Origin: Camelus dromedarius
Lineage: Eukaryota
DNA: 64,000 bases
Assembly (NCBI RefSeq): GCF_036321535.1
Contig: NC_087437.1
Coordinates: forward strand, 35,032,001 to 35,096,000
Direction: 5' to 3'
The translations under genes and the position numbers were made by a program. Below, piece after piece: positions 23,857 to 36,165 of the stretch. Every line of letters begins with the position of its first letter. Position 1 is the first letter of the stretch. The notes beneath the pieces are model-generated. The model saw only the letters and a list, made by a program, of their open reading frames with translations, was not told the DNA's origin and did not search any database.

Positions 23857-25651
23857 TTTCATACTCTTCTTCATTATAGGCTATTACAAGGTATTGCATA
23901 TAGTTCCCTGTGTTATATAGTAGGAACTTGCTGTTTATCTATTTTATATACAGTAGTTAGTATCTGCAAATGCCGAACTCTCAATTTATCCCCCCACCTC
24001 CCACTTTCCCTCCTGGTATTCACAACTTTTTTTCTTTTCCTTTTTTTTTTTAATTGATTTATAGTCAGTTTACAATGTTGTGTCAATTTCTGGTGTGCAG
24101 CATAATGTTTCAGTCATGCATATACATACATATATTCCATTTCATATTCTTTTTCATTATAGATTACTACAAGATATGAATATAGTTCCCTGTGCTATAC
24201 AGTAGAAACTTGTTGCTTATCTTTTTTATATATAGTAGTTAGGATCTGCAAATTTTGAACGTTCAGTTTATCCCTTCCCACCTCCTTTACCCCCTGGTAA
24301 CTTTAAGTGTGTTCTGTTTTTGTTCTGTAAATAAGTTTGTGTCTTTTTTTAGATTCCACATATAAGCAATATCATCTGGTATTTTTCTTTCTCTTTCTGG
24401 CTTACTTCACTTAGAATGATGATCTTCAGGTCCATGCATGTTGCTGCAAATGGCATTAATTTTTTATGGCTGAGTAGTATTCCATTGTGTGTGTATGTAT
24501 ATATGTGTGTGTGTATACATCTTCTTTATCCATTCATCTGTCAGTGGACATTTAGGTTGTTTCCATGCCTTGGCTATTGTAAATAGTGCTGCTGTGAACA
24601 ATGGAGTGCGTATGTCTTTTTAAGTTACAGTTTTCTCTGGATATATGCCCAGGAGTGGAATTGCTGGATCATATGGTAAGTCTATTTTTAGTTTTTTAAG
24701 GACCCCTTGTGACTTGAAGGGGAATTTTCACAATGTCTGGAGCCTGCGATGTCCTGCAAATGAAGGAGGAGAATGTCCTCAAATCCTTGCAGTAGAACCC
24801 GCTTAGGTGGCACCAACTGTCACTTCCAAAGGGAACAGCACGTCCACAAAAGGAAAAGTGATGGCATTAACTCATAAATCTGAAGAGAATGTGGGAAAGG
24901 CTTCTGCTGGCAGCTGGTGCCATTGTTGACACTGAGAACCCAGCTGATGCCAGTGTCCTGTCCTCCAGGAACGCTGGCCAGTGAGCTGTGTTGAAGTTTG
25001 CTGCTGCCACCAGAGCCGCTCCCGTTGGTACCGCTCCACCTCTGGAAACTTCACTGACCGGCTCCAGGCAGCCTTCAGCCGTGTCTGCGGGTGGTTACAG
25101 ATCCCAGGGCTGCCCCCAGCCTCTCACAGAGGCGCCTGATGTTGACCTGTAACATGGACTCTGCGCTGTGTGGACACCGCCATCCCTGCAGCCAGAAGGG
25201 AGCTCACCCAGCGGGTCGGGACTCATGATGCTGGCCTGGGGGTTCTGCGCACGCACAGCCGCATCCCCGGGAGCGCCCCCGGGAGGTCAGGCCTGATCTC
25301 TGCTTCCACGGAGATCCTGACGGGACTGAGAAGGAAGAGCAGGCGGCTGCTGAAGAGGCTGTGACCCAGGAGAAATATCGGGGTAAGTGCACTGCTCTAG
25401 GTCCCAGATTTATTGCCACTCAACTCGAAGTTGCAGATGGGTCTGGAGGTGCCGTGGCCTCCGTGCCCTCCAGCCGCTCCTGCTGAAGATGGCTACGACC
25501 TGCCCACCTGAGACCTGACTGCAGCCCCCACTGCTCAGGCCACTGGATGGGGAGGAACAGCCACTGAGTGGTCTCACGCTGATCCTTCACGTACTCTTAA
25601 ACAGAAAATGGAAATACGGTTGATGGAAAATAAAATTTCTTAAAAAAGAAA
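23663..25651 (+). pseudogene. RPSA: Processed pseudogene of RPSA (40S ribosomal protein SA / uS2), 5' UTR interrupted by L1
   Basis: Intronless degenerate CDS 24733-25577 (ATG TCT GGA GCC...DVLQMKEE...EKEEQAAAE...TEWS) with frameshifts; RPSA-like 5' UTR at 23663-23728 resuming at 24703; AATAAA at 25629-34 and A-rich tail; degenerate flanking repeat CAAAAGCCTGTG (23651) / CAAATACCTGTG (25652). Confidence 0.95.
23729..24702 (-). mobile_element. Two tandem L1 3'-end fragments inserted in the RPSA pseudogene 5' UTR; includes (AC)n at 23817-23849
   Basis: Poly-T-led L1 3' UTR sequence twice (from about 23750 and 24027); TSD CCCCTTGTAACTT 23716-23728 / CCCCTTGTGACTT 24703-24715. Confidence 0.85.
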
Positions 25652-27639
25652 CAAATACCTGTGAATAAAAATAGTTGGCCTGAGCCTCAGAAGAGCAGGC
25701 AGCTTGGTATGGTGTTAAGGGCACAGGTACAGAGTTAGACAAATTGTAGTTCGGGTCTTGTTCTGCCACTTACTTGCTGTAGAAATCCCAGCAGATTATC
25801 TAATCTTCTGCAATATCAGCCTCATCTGTAAAATATAAGGTCTGTGAGGGCAGGGACCATGTTTGTGTTGATCACTGTTACATATCCAGTGCCTAACAAG
25901 CCTGGCATTGAGGCACTTGGTGCCAAATCAAACAGGGTATGGGAAGAGTGTACTGAGAAAGAAAAACAGAGCAGCCCCCGACATTCAGAAGCTGGCCTAG
26001 ACTCACAGGTAGCCCACATCATTCTCCTGTTAGACATAAACAATTTAACAGAATATCAACCCCAGACAAGGTTTCTCTGAGACCATGATAAAATGAGCCA
26101 AAGCAAAGCCACTGCATGATTTTTTTTCTAAGTGTAGATAAATACAAGGTCACTGTGCCACCCACAAAATACCAAACACTCCCTCTCAGCCAAAAATGAG
26201 TGATGGATACTTCTTTACTAATTGCTGCTACATTCTTTTGCCTCTCTTCCTATACATAAGATTTATGGAGCTATCCAGTCATAGACTTGCCTCTGCTTTT
26301 GATGGCATCCAATTTAGAGCAAACCTCTGCTTCTTAGACCATCCATCCCCAAGTCACCCAACCAAAGCCCATATTCTATGATGGGCTTTTTTCTAGCACC
26401 CTCTTACTGAGATACTCCATGATTCCTCATGGTGTGTTTGCATTCACTTAATGAATAACAAACACAATCTGTTTAACTACAGTTGTATTCCTAGTGGTAT
26501 TTGGCTCACCAGAAATGATAATGTGAATGGAAAAAATGAGGAGATATACACTGTCTCTTCAGAGTGGTTGTGTCAAATCGATAATTAATTTACCAACATA
26601 TATTGAGGGTCTATTTTGTGCTAGGTGAAAGGAATACTGAGAAGAACAAGACCTGGACGGCTCTCCCGGAGCTTAACCCTGTGGACAATGCAAAGAGCAA
26701 ATTTGTGATCCAATTTAATGTGGCTAGCATTATTATAGAGGCATACACCTCCTGTAAAAATATTGTCAGATCATACCTGAAGGAGGAACATTTGTTTTTA
26801 GACTTGCAACCTTCATAACTGTAAGATGATAAATTTGCATTATTTTAAGGCACACATTTTGTGATAATTCATTACAGCAGCAATAGGAAACTCATACAGC
26901 ATGCTTGAGCTTAATCTTTAAGGGGGAGTGTCCCAGGTGTAAGCAAAGGCAGATTAGTTCCTGCAGGACCTGACAGTTGTTTGTGTGGCTGTGTGCTTAG
27001 GAGTGTGACAGGATATGCCAAGGTCAGATCCTGAAAGATCTTTCTATTCAGAGAAATTGGAAATAATCCAGAAGATCAGAGACCACTGAAGGATTAAAAC
27101 AGGGGAGTGTGACAAAATTACATTTGCATTTTAGAAGGATGGGTTGGAATCCTGAAGTAAGAAGAAGGAATTGGAGACTAAGTACCCTAGGCAAGAAATG
27201 GGAGGCCTTCTTTGATCACCTTCTGTAAGATGACCTTGCTTATTTCTTGAAATTTGGAGAAGACATAAAAAATATGGTCATGATCTTCAAATATTTGAAA
27301 TTCTGCCAATCAGGGTGATTAGACATGGTCTGAGTTGCTCTAAGATCAAAGTGTAAAGTCTTAAAAAAATATTAAGTGCACTATGAGAAAGCACATTCTA
27401 ATTAGAGTGATCAAAAAATGACTCCACAAATAATTATTTCTTACATTTCTTTCTTTCATCTATCCAAAAAATATTCATTTGAGCAGTTATCATTAAGCAT
27501 ATGATGGTGAGCAAAAGGGACAAAGGCACTGCTCTGGATGGAGTTTAATTTCTTTGTGCAGTGTGGAATTGTTTACAGATAACTTTTATATAATTTAACC
27601 AATAAGCAAGCTCCCAATAGGGACAGCTTAAAAGTGGTG

Positions 27640-28450
27640 TTATATACATGTGCGAGGCAGGCTTGCAGTGAATTCTGGCCAGGGAAAATCGGCACGATGT
27701 AAGTCTCAGGCACCATAGTACGAGAGCCCCGGCCTTCTCTCCGCATCCCTCCCACCGGCCAGGCCCCCCGCCCAGGCCCCCCCCGCCCCGCCCCTCAAGC
27801 GGCTCAGCCCCGCCCCTCGCCCAGCCCCGTCCCACCCCCACCGCTCACCAATGCCCTCCCCTTCTTCCGTCCCCACCCGCCGCTTTAAGTCGCGTCTCTC
27901 AGCCCGCGGGATTTCGAGCCTTTCTCTCGCGAGGTTTTTGCAGTACCGGAGTCAGCTGTGGTGGCTGCTTGCGGGGTGAGAGGAGGTGGTTCTGTCGCGG
28001 TTTTCCAGAAAGTCTGCGCCAAGCTCAGAGGCGTTAAGTAGGTTCTGGGGTCTAAGACTCGGGCTGCAGTCGCGCGGGGTCCCCAAGGAGAGAGGGAGCC
28101 GGACTCTCGGTCTCGGGCCGACTTCGGGCCGCGTGCGTGCAGCGTGTGCGCCGCGGGCCAGCAGCCGGCGTGAGGTCTCACGGGCGGGGTGAGGGGTGCG
28201 GGGCGCCGGGTCGGGGTGGGTGATCCGCAGGCGTGTTGAGACTGCCCGTGGGCTCCTGCAGTGCGGGTTTGAGGTACTCCAGACGCCGGGGTGAGGGTGG
28301 GGGGGGTGCGGGGCGGCCTCAGTCCCGTCTGGCCCACCTGGAGTTCGCCCTGGTTGGCGGTCAGGTTATTGGCTCTAAGGTCTTGTAGTTGCAAACTCCG
28401 GAATGCGCTTGGTTCTGCTATTAACGGAGTCAGTTCGTCACAAGGTACCA
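27640..28450 (+). promoter_or_regulatory. NMD3: CpG-island promoter of NMD3 with GC boxes, CCAAT and a TCTCGCGAGA-like element
   Basis: Dense CpG and GC against an AT-rich background; repeated CCCGCCC (e.g. 27781-27815); CCAAT at 27848-27852; TCTCGCGAGG at 27925-27934. Confidence 0.9.
27920..27975 (+). other. NMD3: Probable non-coding exon 1 of NMD3
   Basis: Lies in the CpG island after the GC boxes and ends at the donor GG|GTGAGA (27976). The start is a guess, and other donors (e.g. near 28038) are possible. Confidence 0.55.
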
Positions 28451-28599
28451 CATCGAATTGGTTTTTCTTGTTTGCTGCTTTACGGGGCTTGGCTGCCTCA
28501 TTCAGAGAGGCAGAAGAAAGATTTGTATAAAGAGGTGACTAGACAAATGTCTTAAATCTCAGTATTCTCTCTCATTTTTAAATCAAGGTATACAGAAAA

Positions 28600-28643
28600 A
28601 TGGAGTATATGACAGAATCTGTCACCTGCACACCTGGACACAT
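28600..28643 (+). CDS. NMD3: NMD3 coding exon (exon 2): MEYMTESVTCTPGH(I)
   Basis: ATG in strong context aaaATGG; donor AT|GTAAGT; candidate acceptors AG at 28586-87 or 28594-95; phase matches the next exon. Confidence 0.93.
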
Positions 28644-28869
28644 GTAAGTTGCGTCCCTTTTACCCCATTCCCCTTAAATTTAAAAATGTTAACGTGAGTC
28701 TTTGAAACTTGCTGTGGGGAAAATCGTTTCTTTTGATGGGCAGATTCTTTTGTCTTAAATGGGAAAAATGGAAAGCCTTATTTCCTGAGAAAATCGAATT
28801 CATTTTCCCCTGGAAAGTTTGTTGTAGTAAATACTGCTTTAAGAGTATTAAAATCTTCACTATACATAA

Positions 28870-29035
28870 TTCTAGATTGCTGTAATAGCCATTGGCCATA
28901 TGTAGCTTTTTAAATTTAATTAAAATGAAAATAAAATTAAACATTCAATTCCCTGGTCTACTACCCACGTATCAAGTCCTCGATAGTACATATGCCTGGT
29001 GGCTGCTATATTGGACAACATAGACCTTAGAACAT
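28870..29035. mobile_element. MER3/MER33-like hAT-Charlie MITE (related copy at about 37120-37300)
   Basis: agccattggccatatgtagct...ggtggctgctatattggacaaca. Confidence 0.65.
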
Positions 29036-29525
29036 TTCTTCTGGGTAACATCAGTTATTTTTAAACATTTTCTGTCCCCAGTGCACTTAGGTTTATGAAA
29101 CTCCCATCTTTTGTACTGAATCACTAAACATGTTACCATTCCATCCTTTAAAATTTTTTCTGCTCTGGGTAAATGTGTTACATTTTGGCAGTCCCTGTGC
29201 TACACTGAGGCCTTAAAAGAATTGCCTTTGGACTATGAAGCAGTCTAATGATTACTGTTAGAAATGATTTAGACTCTTTAGATCCTTTGTACTCAATTAT
29301 ATTTTGGGGATTTTTGAAATTGTGGCCATCCTTGTTTTTTGCCTCACTATTCCAAGGTTATTTTTTAATCTACTGTATCTTTGAAGGTTGCTCTAAGTTA
29401 GTTTTTTTAAAAAGGCAGAGATATTATAGCCTAACTTGAAGGCTTTTGTTTGTTTGATAGTTTTTTAATTTAGCTAGTACACTTATGAAATCTCATTTGA
29501 AAAACGTATGCTTTATTTATTTTAG

Positions 29526-29660
29526 CTTGTGCTGCGATTGTGGTGTCCCAATTAGTCCAAATCCTGCCAATATTTGTGTGGCCTGTCTGCGAAGTAAAGT
29601 AGATATCAGCCAAGGCATTCCAAAACAAGTGTCTATATCTTTCTGCAAACAATGCCAAAG
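29526..29660 (+). CDS. NMD3: NMD3 exon 3: LCCDCGVPISPNPANICVACLRSKVDISQGIPKQVSISFCKQCQ(R)
   Basis: tttag| acceptor, AG|GTATGT donor, 135 nt; zinc-binding CxxC motifs. Confidence 0.97.
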
Positions 29661-31823
29661 GTATGTAGTACTATTTTATCCTATTTAAAGTTGAGATTTA
29701 TATTTAGGAGAACCACTAGGATATGCTGAGATTACACTAAGATACATGGAATAAAGTGCATGTAATTGAGATTTACATTTTATTTATGTTGGCATAGCTA
29801 GAGATTTTAGAATTTGCAATTTTGTAGCATACTCTAGTAGTTTGCCCTGCTACAAAGGTATTTGTATCTGTTCTTTCTCTGTTAAGGGATTAATAGGTTT
29901 GATGTATACAGTTAATTGATACAAGTTGATGTTTTTAAAGGTGACAGCAGATTTTAAAGACATTACTGTTAATTACCATGATGCTTTTATTTTTCCCTTC
30001 AATCACAAGAAGCCATGTATGATAAAAGGCACCTTATTTTTAAAGTAAGTTACCAATGTGTTTTAAAAATTGTATCTATTGATGTTCCCATGTAACTAAA
30101 ATGACTATAGTTAATGGAAAAAAAGGTCAGTGTATCATATCTAGGATGATCTGAAATAAAGACTGGATTTGAAGGCAGATTTCTTCTGAAAGTTAATGTT
30201 TTATTTCTTCTTCATTTTCTTTAGTTGACAGTTTAACAGAAGCCTTTTTAAAGAATGGAATGAATTGCTTTATTGTGTGATATTCTTAGTTACCAGCATG
30301 AGAAACTGGCTCAAGCTTAGTTAGGAGAAAGGAATTTGTGACATGCTTTTGGTAGGACCCAAAATCCACAGGAAAGTGGAGGACAAGAGTCAGGGCCATA
30401 TAGCCAGGAACACCACCCAGAATTACACAGCAGAGACAACTCATCCAGTCAAAAATCACACAGACATCACTCTCACAGGATACACACTGCAGCCTGCGCT
30501 GTAGTCACCACTGTTGCTGCTGGTACTTCAGTCACTGCCTCCCTAGGCCTTTGAGTAATACGGAACTTCCCAGTGTAACTTCCCAGAAAATTGTATTCCT
30601 GTGATTTCCCAAATGGGTTAGGACTGTAGTGGTTCTTAACTTTTTTGGAAAGGTTTGTGAATCCCTTTAAGAATTTGAAAACTGCGTCTCCCCAGAAAAA
30701 TGCATGAAACGTACATACGTACAAACACAAGAAACTTGTGTATTGTTTCAGGGAGTTTATATATCATATACAAGCTTATATATGCTTATTCAAGTTTGGC
30801 AGGTGTGAGGCTTAATCTTTAACAAATATTTACAAGTGTAATAGAGTGAAAAAAACATTGGACAAAGAATCTGGAGACCTAGATCGTCTTGAATTTCTCA
30901 CAAACTAGCTCTTTGAGACTCTTGGCCACTTACCTTTTCTAAGCTTTTATTTCTTCATCAGAGTGAAGGGGCTTTATTAGATAATATATGAAGTCCTTTC
31001 TAACTCCAAATACATGCTTGTAACAAAGAAATCTGTATAAGGTTTTTCAGTGAACCTTTAAAAATGAAAATCAGAATATTTAATTAATAGGTAGGCCAAA
31101 AGGAAAAAAAAAGCATTCACAAATGTATCAAAACACATTAGAAGTATTATTATTTAACAAACTTGTTGAGCACTTACTGTGTGTTAGACACTGATTTAAG
31201 TCCTGGGCTGGCTGGGCTAAAAAACTTACAGTACATGCATTAGGAATTTAAATTTTGATTTTAGTCAAGTTTTATGTAAGATTTTATTTTATTTTACTTT
31301 TTTTATTGAGTAATAGTCATTTTACAATGTTGTGTTTATATAAGATTTTAAAACTTCAGTTTTATAATTTAAAATTTGGAAAGGGACTTGAAGTAGATAA
31401 ATAGTTTGAACTATATTGATACATAGTATTAGGTACTAATTTACCTCTTTTGTGTGTGAGAAATAAGCAGTTTATAAGTATTTTACATGTACATTATAAA
31501 CCATTTTAATGCTATTTTCAAGGAAGTGTTGGGCATTTTGTCATCCTCACTGAAATTCTTATTGGTGCTTGAAGTAATAAGACCTTTTAATGAGTTGTTT
31601 CAAATTGACTTTCTCAAATACTCAGATTTTACCTTTTTAATTAAAGCTATTGGTTTAACTGAAAGTTTTCTAGAACTATTAAAATATATTTGGGTTAAAT
31701 GCTTCAGATCAACCTTGAATATTATTATATCTGGTTTATAATCATTGTTATGTCTATATATTCAGATGGAATTTTTTTTTTTCTGAGAGATACTGGGTTT
31801 CAATATATTATCTTTTCTCTCAG

Positions 31824-31920
31824 ATATTTCCAGCCACCAGGAACTTGGATACAGTGTGCGTTAGAATCCAGGGAACTTCTTGCTTTGTGTTTGAAAAAAA
31901 TCAAAGCCCCTCTGAGTAAG
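31824..31920 (+). CDS. NMD3: NMD3 exon 4: YFQPPGTWIQCALESRELLALCLKKIKAPLSK
   Basis: ctcag| acceptor, AAG|GTAGGT donor, 97 nt. Confidence 0.97.
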
Positions 31921-32384
31921 GTAGGTCAAATAGCTAAAATCAGTTTTTGTTGGGGTTTGTGTGTGTTTTAATCTCTCATTTTCAGAAAACCGTTGTTTGA
32001 GTAGATTTTCCAAAATAACTTAAATGCTACTATTGGTAAGCATGCTACTACAAATGCTGTTTTCATTTTTAAAGTTATATATATTCTCTTCTTACGGAAA
32101 TGAAAATCTTTTGCTTTAAAAGATTTAGTTTAGAATCAAATTTTTTCATTCATTATTTAATGAGAACCTCTTACGTGCAGTAGTTTTGTCTGAAAATATA
32201 TAAAGCCATTGCTCAATGTAATTTAAGAGGTTATAGTATTAGGACTGTGATATTCTGTTTTTTAAAAATTTTCATTACTGCTCTGGAAAAAAAAAATTTA
32301 TGCCTATTACTTAAAATTGGTGCACAAATGTCTCCCCCCAAAAATAGGGTTTGTTAGTCTAGTTAACCTCTCTACATAACACTT

Positions 32385-32486
32385 TCAATTTTATTTCTTT
32401 TTTCTTTAATAGAGGTACTGGGGATAGAACCTAGGACCTCGTGCATGCTGAACATGTACTTTACCATTGAGCTATTACCCTCCCCC
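32385..32486 (-). mobile_element. Vic-1-like SINE
   Basis: gaggtactggggatagaacctaggacctcgtgcatgct...tgagctattaccctcccc. Confidence 0.8.
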
Positions 32487-32959
32487 ACTGTTCTCTTTAT
32501 GTTAAACTTGGTGGGCTCTTGATGGACTCTTGATTTGAAGGCCTTCAGATTCTCTTAAATACTGATAGTAATAGTTCTTCGAAGTTTCTCCCTTTATTTT
32601 CCTTTTTTTTACCTCCCTGGAATTTGTATCAGTCGTTGGCCCTACTGGCTTAAAACTTTGCCTTTTTGCACTTGTATTGTTTTTAATCTTTCTGTCTTTT
32701 TCCTGTATTCCTGGCAATTTACTTTATTTTCCAATTTTTGTCTTCCTTTTTTTTTTTTTTAAGTAGTAACATTTTAAGTTTAGAGTCTTTAATGTCTTTG
32801 ATGCAGTCTATTGAATTTTTCTAAAAGTTTGATAATGGATTGTTACTGTTTTTTACTTTCTTTCTGTTAACTGATTTTTCTCAGTTTTTTGGATTCAGTT
32901 TTTTATGTAACTTGGTATTTTGCTTCCATACTTCAGGCTATTGTCAAATGTTATTAATA

Positions 32960-34140
32960 ATTCACTAGCATTCAGCAGATGTTCATTAAATGTCAGCTCT
33001 GTGCCAGTCTGTTTTTGGTGATTAGGAATAGTACAGTGAATAAGAGAGAAAAATCTCAGTCTTAGGGAACTTTTATTTTAGTTGGAGGGGAGGGTGTGGA
33101 GTAGGCAATGAACAAAATAAGTAGGTATATTAAAAAGTGTAAATTCTGTGGAGGAAAAAACCAGGAAGGGGATAAGAACTGTACAGGGAAAAGTTGGAAT
33201 TTGAAATACAGTGGTTAGGGGAGGCCTCGTTGATAGGGTGACATTTGAGTAAACATTAAAGGCAGTAAGGGAGGGAGCTGCAATCTGGAGGAGAACATTA
33301 TGGAGAAAACAAATATAGTGGCCAGAGGCAGGAGCATACCTATGTGGTTAGAGTGGAGTGGGGAAGGAAAAGTAATTGGGGATGAGGCCAGAGAAACGAT
33401 GGAAAGTCAGAGTAGGTCAGGCCTTGTAGACCCTTTGAAGACTGGTTTTTACTCTGAGTATAATAGGTATAGAGGGTATAGGCAGAATAGTAAAATGAAT
33501 GATTTACAGTTTATCCAGTTCCCCCTGGCTGTGTTTAGAATAGATGTGATGGGGGTGGGCACATTTAGGAAGCGATTGAAATAATTGTGAGAAATGATGA
33601 TATTTGGATCAGTAGTGGAGGTGGTGAGAAGCAGACAGATTCTGGATGTTTTATAGACAGTCATTAGAATTACTGATGAAGCTGGACGTATGTTTATGAG
33701 TTGGAAGAGTCAAGGATGACTTCCATGGTTCTTAACTTGAGCAACCAGAAAGAGGGAGTTGCTGTTAGCGAAGTAGGAAAGGCTTCAAGAGGAGCAGGTC
33801 AGGTGGGAGAGAGAAAAGCTCATCTCAGAGTGGTACTTAGGTGTCTGTTAGACATGGAAGTAGAAATACTGAGTGAGGAGCTGGATAAGTAAGGAAGGGA
33901 GTGGCCCAGACTGGAGATAATGAATTTGGGATATAGATGGTATTTAAAGCTATGAAATTGGAAGAGATTTTCTAGGGGTTTTTATATAGAGAAGGGGAGG
34001 AATTTGAGTACTGAATCCTGGGATCCTTTAATGATAAAAGTTTGGGTGAAGTTTTGGTGAGGAAAAAAATCAGTCATTACTTCTCATTAGCTGTAGGGAG
34101 AGCAGTTGATATAATCAGGAGATCTAGAAGGTGAAGGGAG
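32960..34140 (-). mobile_element. L2 LINE remnant
   Basis: cattcagcagatgttcattaaatgtc tail and purine-rich L2 body (gtgacatttgag, ggcttgagcaac-like). Confidence 0.75.
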
Positions 34141-35669
34141 TGTTCAGCAAAGAGACTGAGGGTTTAGGAGATTTGTTAGTGAGTGTGGAGCTCCAGAGGC
34201 CATAGTAAAAGAGTTTCAGGATTTGGGGAACAGTGTTAGGTGGACAGAAAAGGGAATATGTGGAACCACATGGAGATCAGAGTGAGAGATGAGGGGGTGA
34301 CTGAAGTGTCTGAGACAGTAGTGAAGGATAAATGCTCAATAAGGTGGATAAGTCCTGTTGTCTGAGGACGGATGGTGTGGTGAGGCTGTGTTGGGGGATG
34401 GTGAAGTAGATGACAAGAGTCCTCCCTCTATTCCTGCAGATGGAAGTTGGAGGTTGAGGGAAGGGCAGTCTTAGACAGTGCCCATGGAGTTTCCTTTTGA
34501 CCCCTGCCTGCAGGTGGAGGCTGAGGGAATAAGAAGCTGTCAGTTACCCTCTGTACCTGGTGTGGCTTGTTGATTACTAGGCTTTGCTTTAGGGGAGCCA
34601 GACGTATGAGGAGGGTTTTACTCTGCTGAGCCGGATCTGCACTCAGACAGGTTCTCACCAGACAGGTCTTAAGAAAATTATCATCTGCCTGCTGTTGTCC
34701 CCTAAATCTGTTATCTGTAGCTCAGATTTCTCCATAGAGCTCCAGATCAAATATATATCTTACTATCCACTGAACAACCTCACTTGGATATCTCAGATAA
34801 ATCCTCTTAAACTAAATGTGTGAAATCAAATATGACATGTTCTTCCCATTTAATCTGTTTTTTATTTGTGTCAGAAAAATAGTGTTACCTAGATGCCCAA
34901 GTTGAATACTTGAGTGTCATTCTAGAATCTTTTTCTCCTTCCCACATCTGGTTATTATTAAATCCTCTAGATTTTATATCCTAAATAGGTCTTGGATCTT
35001 TCTGCTTCTATTACTTGCAGCCCCTCTCAGTTCAGCTCATCTACAACTCCTGCCCAAATTACTGAAACAACCTCCAGTTTTGTTCTGCTTCTTTCCTCAA
35101 AACACCCATTTTAATCATTGAGCTACATTCTGTTCCTCACTTACGGCAAACTGTTTTTGGCCTCTGCTGACTCTTCTGATTTAGCAGTGAGTTATTGTTA
35201 TGGATTCAGTATTCAGTGCATGAGACTCCCTCTAATGAAAGTTGATTCTTTTTTTTTTTTTAAACTCACATACTTCATATAGAGAGAATAATAGAGGTAG
35301 AAACTTTTGTTCATGAGATTTCTAGTAGATGATGATGTCATCAGGTCTTTGTTTTCTATTCAAGACTGTAATTTATACTCCAAAAACAGTACATTGTTTT
35401 TAGGGGAAAGGAGTTTTCTATGCAAGTATTATAGTTTTTGCTTGTATTATACCAGTTGCATTAATATATCATGAGATTTTCCTTTTATTTGCTGTTTTTG
35501 TTGCCATACCTCTGATGATAAATCTTAAATCTTTTTTTTTAACTGATAATGTTGGGTAGATTAATGACAGATTGCTTGAGAATCTTTTGAAATCTGTTAA
35601 TTACTGAATTATTCTTTCATCTTTTTTCTCCTCATTTGGGAACTTATTTTTTTTTGTGTTTTATTGAAG

Positions 35670-35750
35670 GTGCGGCTTGTAGATGCAAGTTTTGTTTGGA
35701 CTGAACCCCATTCCAAGAGACTTAAAGTTAAACTAACTATTCAGAAAGAG
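35670..35750 (+). CDS. NMD3: NMD3 exon 5: VRLVDASFVWTEPHSKRLKVKLTIQKE
   Basis: gaag| acceptor, GAG|GTAAGC donor, 81 nt; conserved WTEPHSKR motif. Confidence 0.97.
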
Positions 35751-36036
35751 GTAAGCTATGCATAATTTTCTTAGCATGGTTAAAGTGTAAATGAGGGCCT
35801 GTTGGGAAGTTACATTGTGGCTTGAATAGCTAAAAAGGAAACAGATATACTCTTTTTTTTTTTTTTTTTTTAACAGATACACTCTTAATTTTAGCCTTTT
35901 GTTTTCTTTTGGATCATCTGCACAGATTATCATGTCACAAGTGAAAGAAACCATTGTTCATGAGTAGTAGGCTGAGATACTCTTCTTAAAGTTATTTTTA
36001 TTTGGAATAAGATTGAAGTAAAAACATGAGCTAAGG

Positions 36037-36165
36037 CAGTGCTTCTCAAACTTGGCTGATTATCATGACTCAGGGTGCCTGAATCAAACTGGATTCAACT
36101 AGATGTAAGATCCAGGAATCTGTAAAGCTTTCCTGGTGATTTCTGATGATTGACTGTGTTTGAGA
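36037..36165. mobile_element. MER5-like hAT MITE
   Basis: cagtgcttctcaaactt...tttgagaac termini. Confidence 0.6.

Noticed and set aside
27885..28451. 188-aa minus-strand ORF and other ORFs over the promoter
   Set aside because: Low-complexity P/A/R/T composition expected from a GC-rich CpG island with few stop codons; non-ATG start; no recognisable homology.
23663..28600. Functional linkage between a ribosomal-protein retrocopy and the ribosome export factor NMD3
   Set aside because: RPSA retrocopies are abundant in mammals and this one is frameshifted; adjacency alone is likely coincidence.
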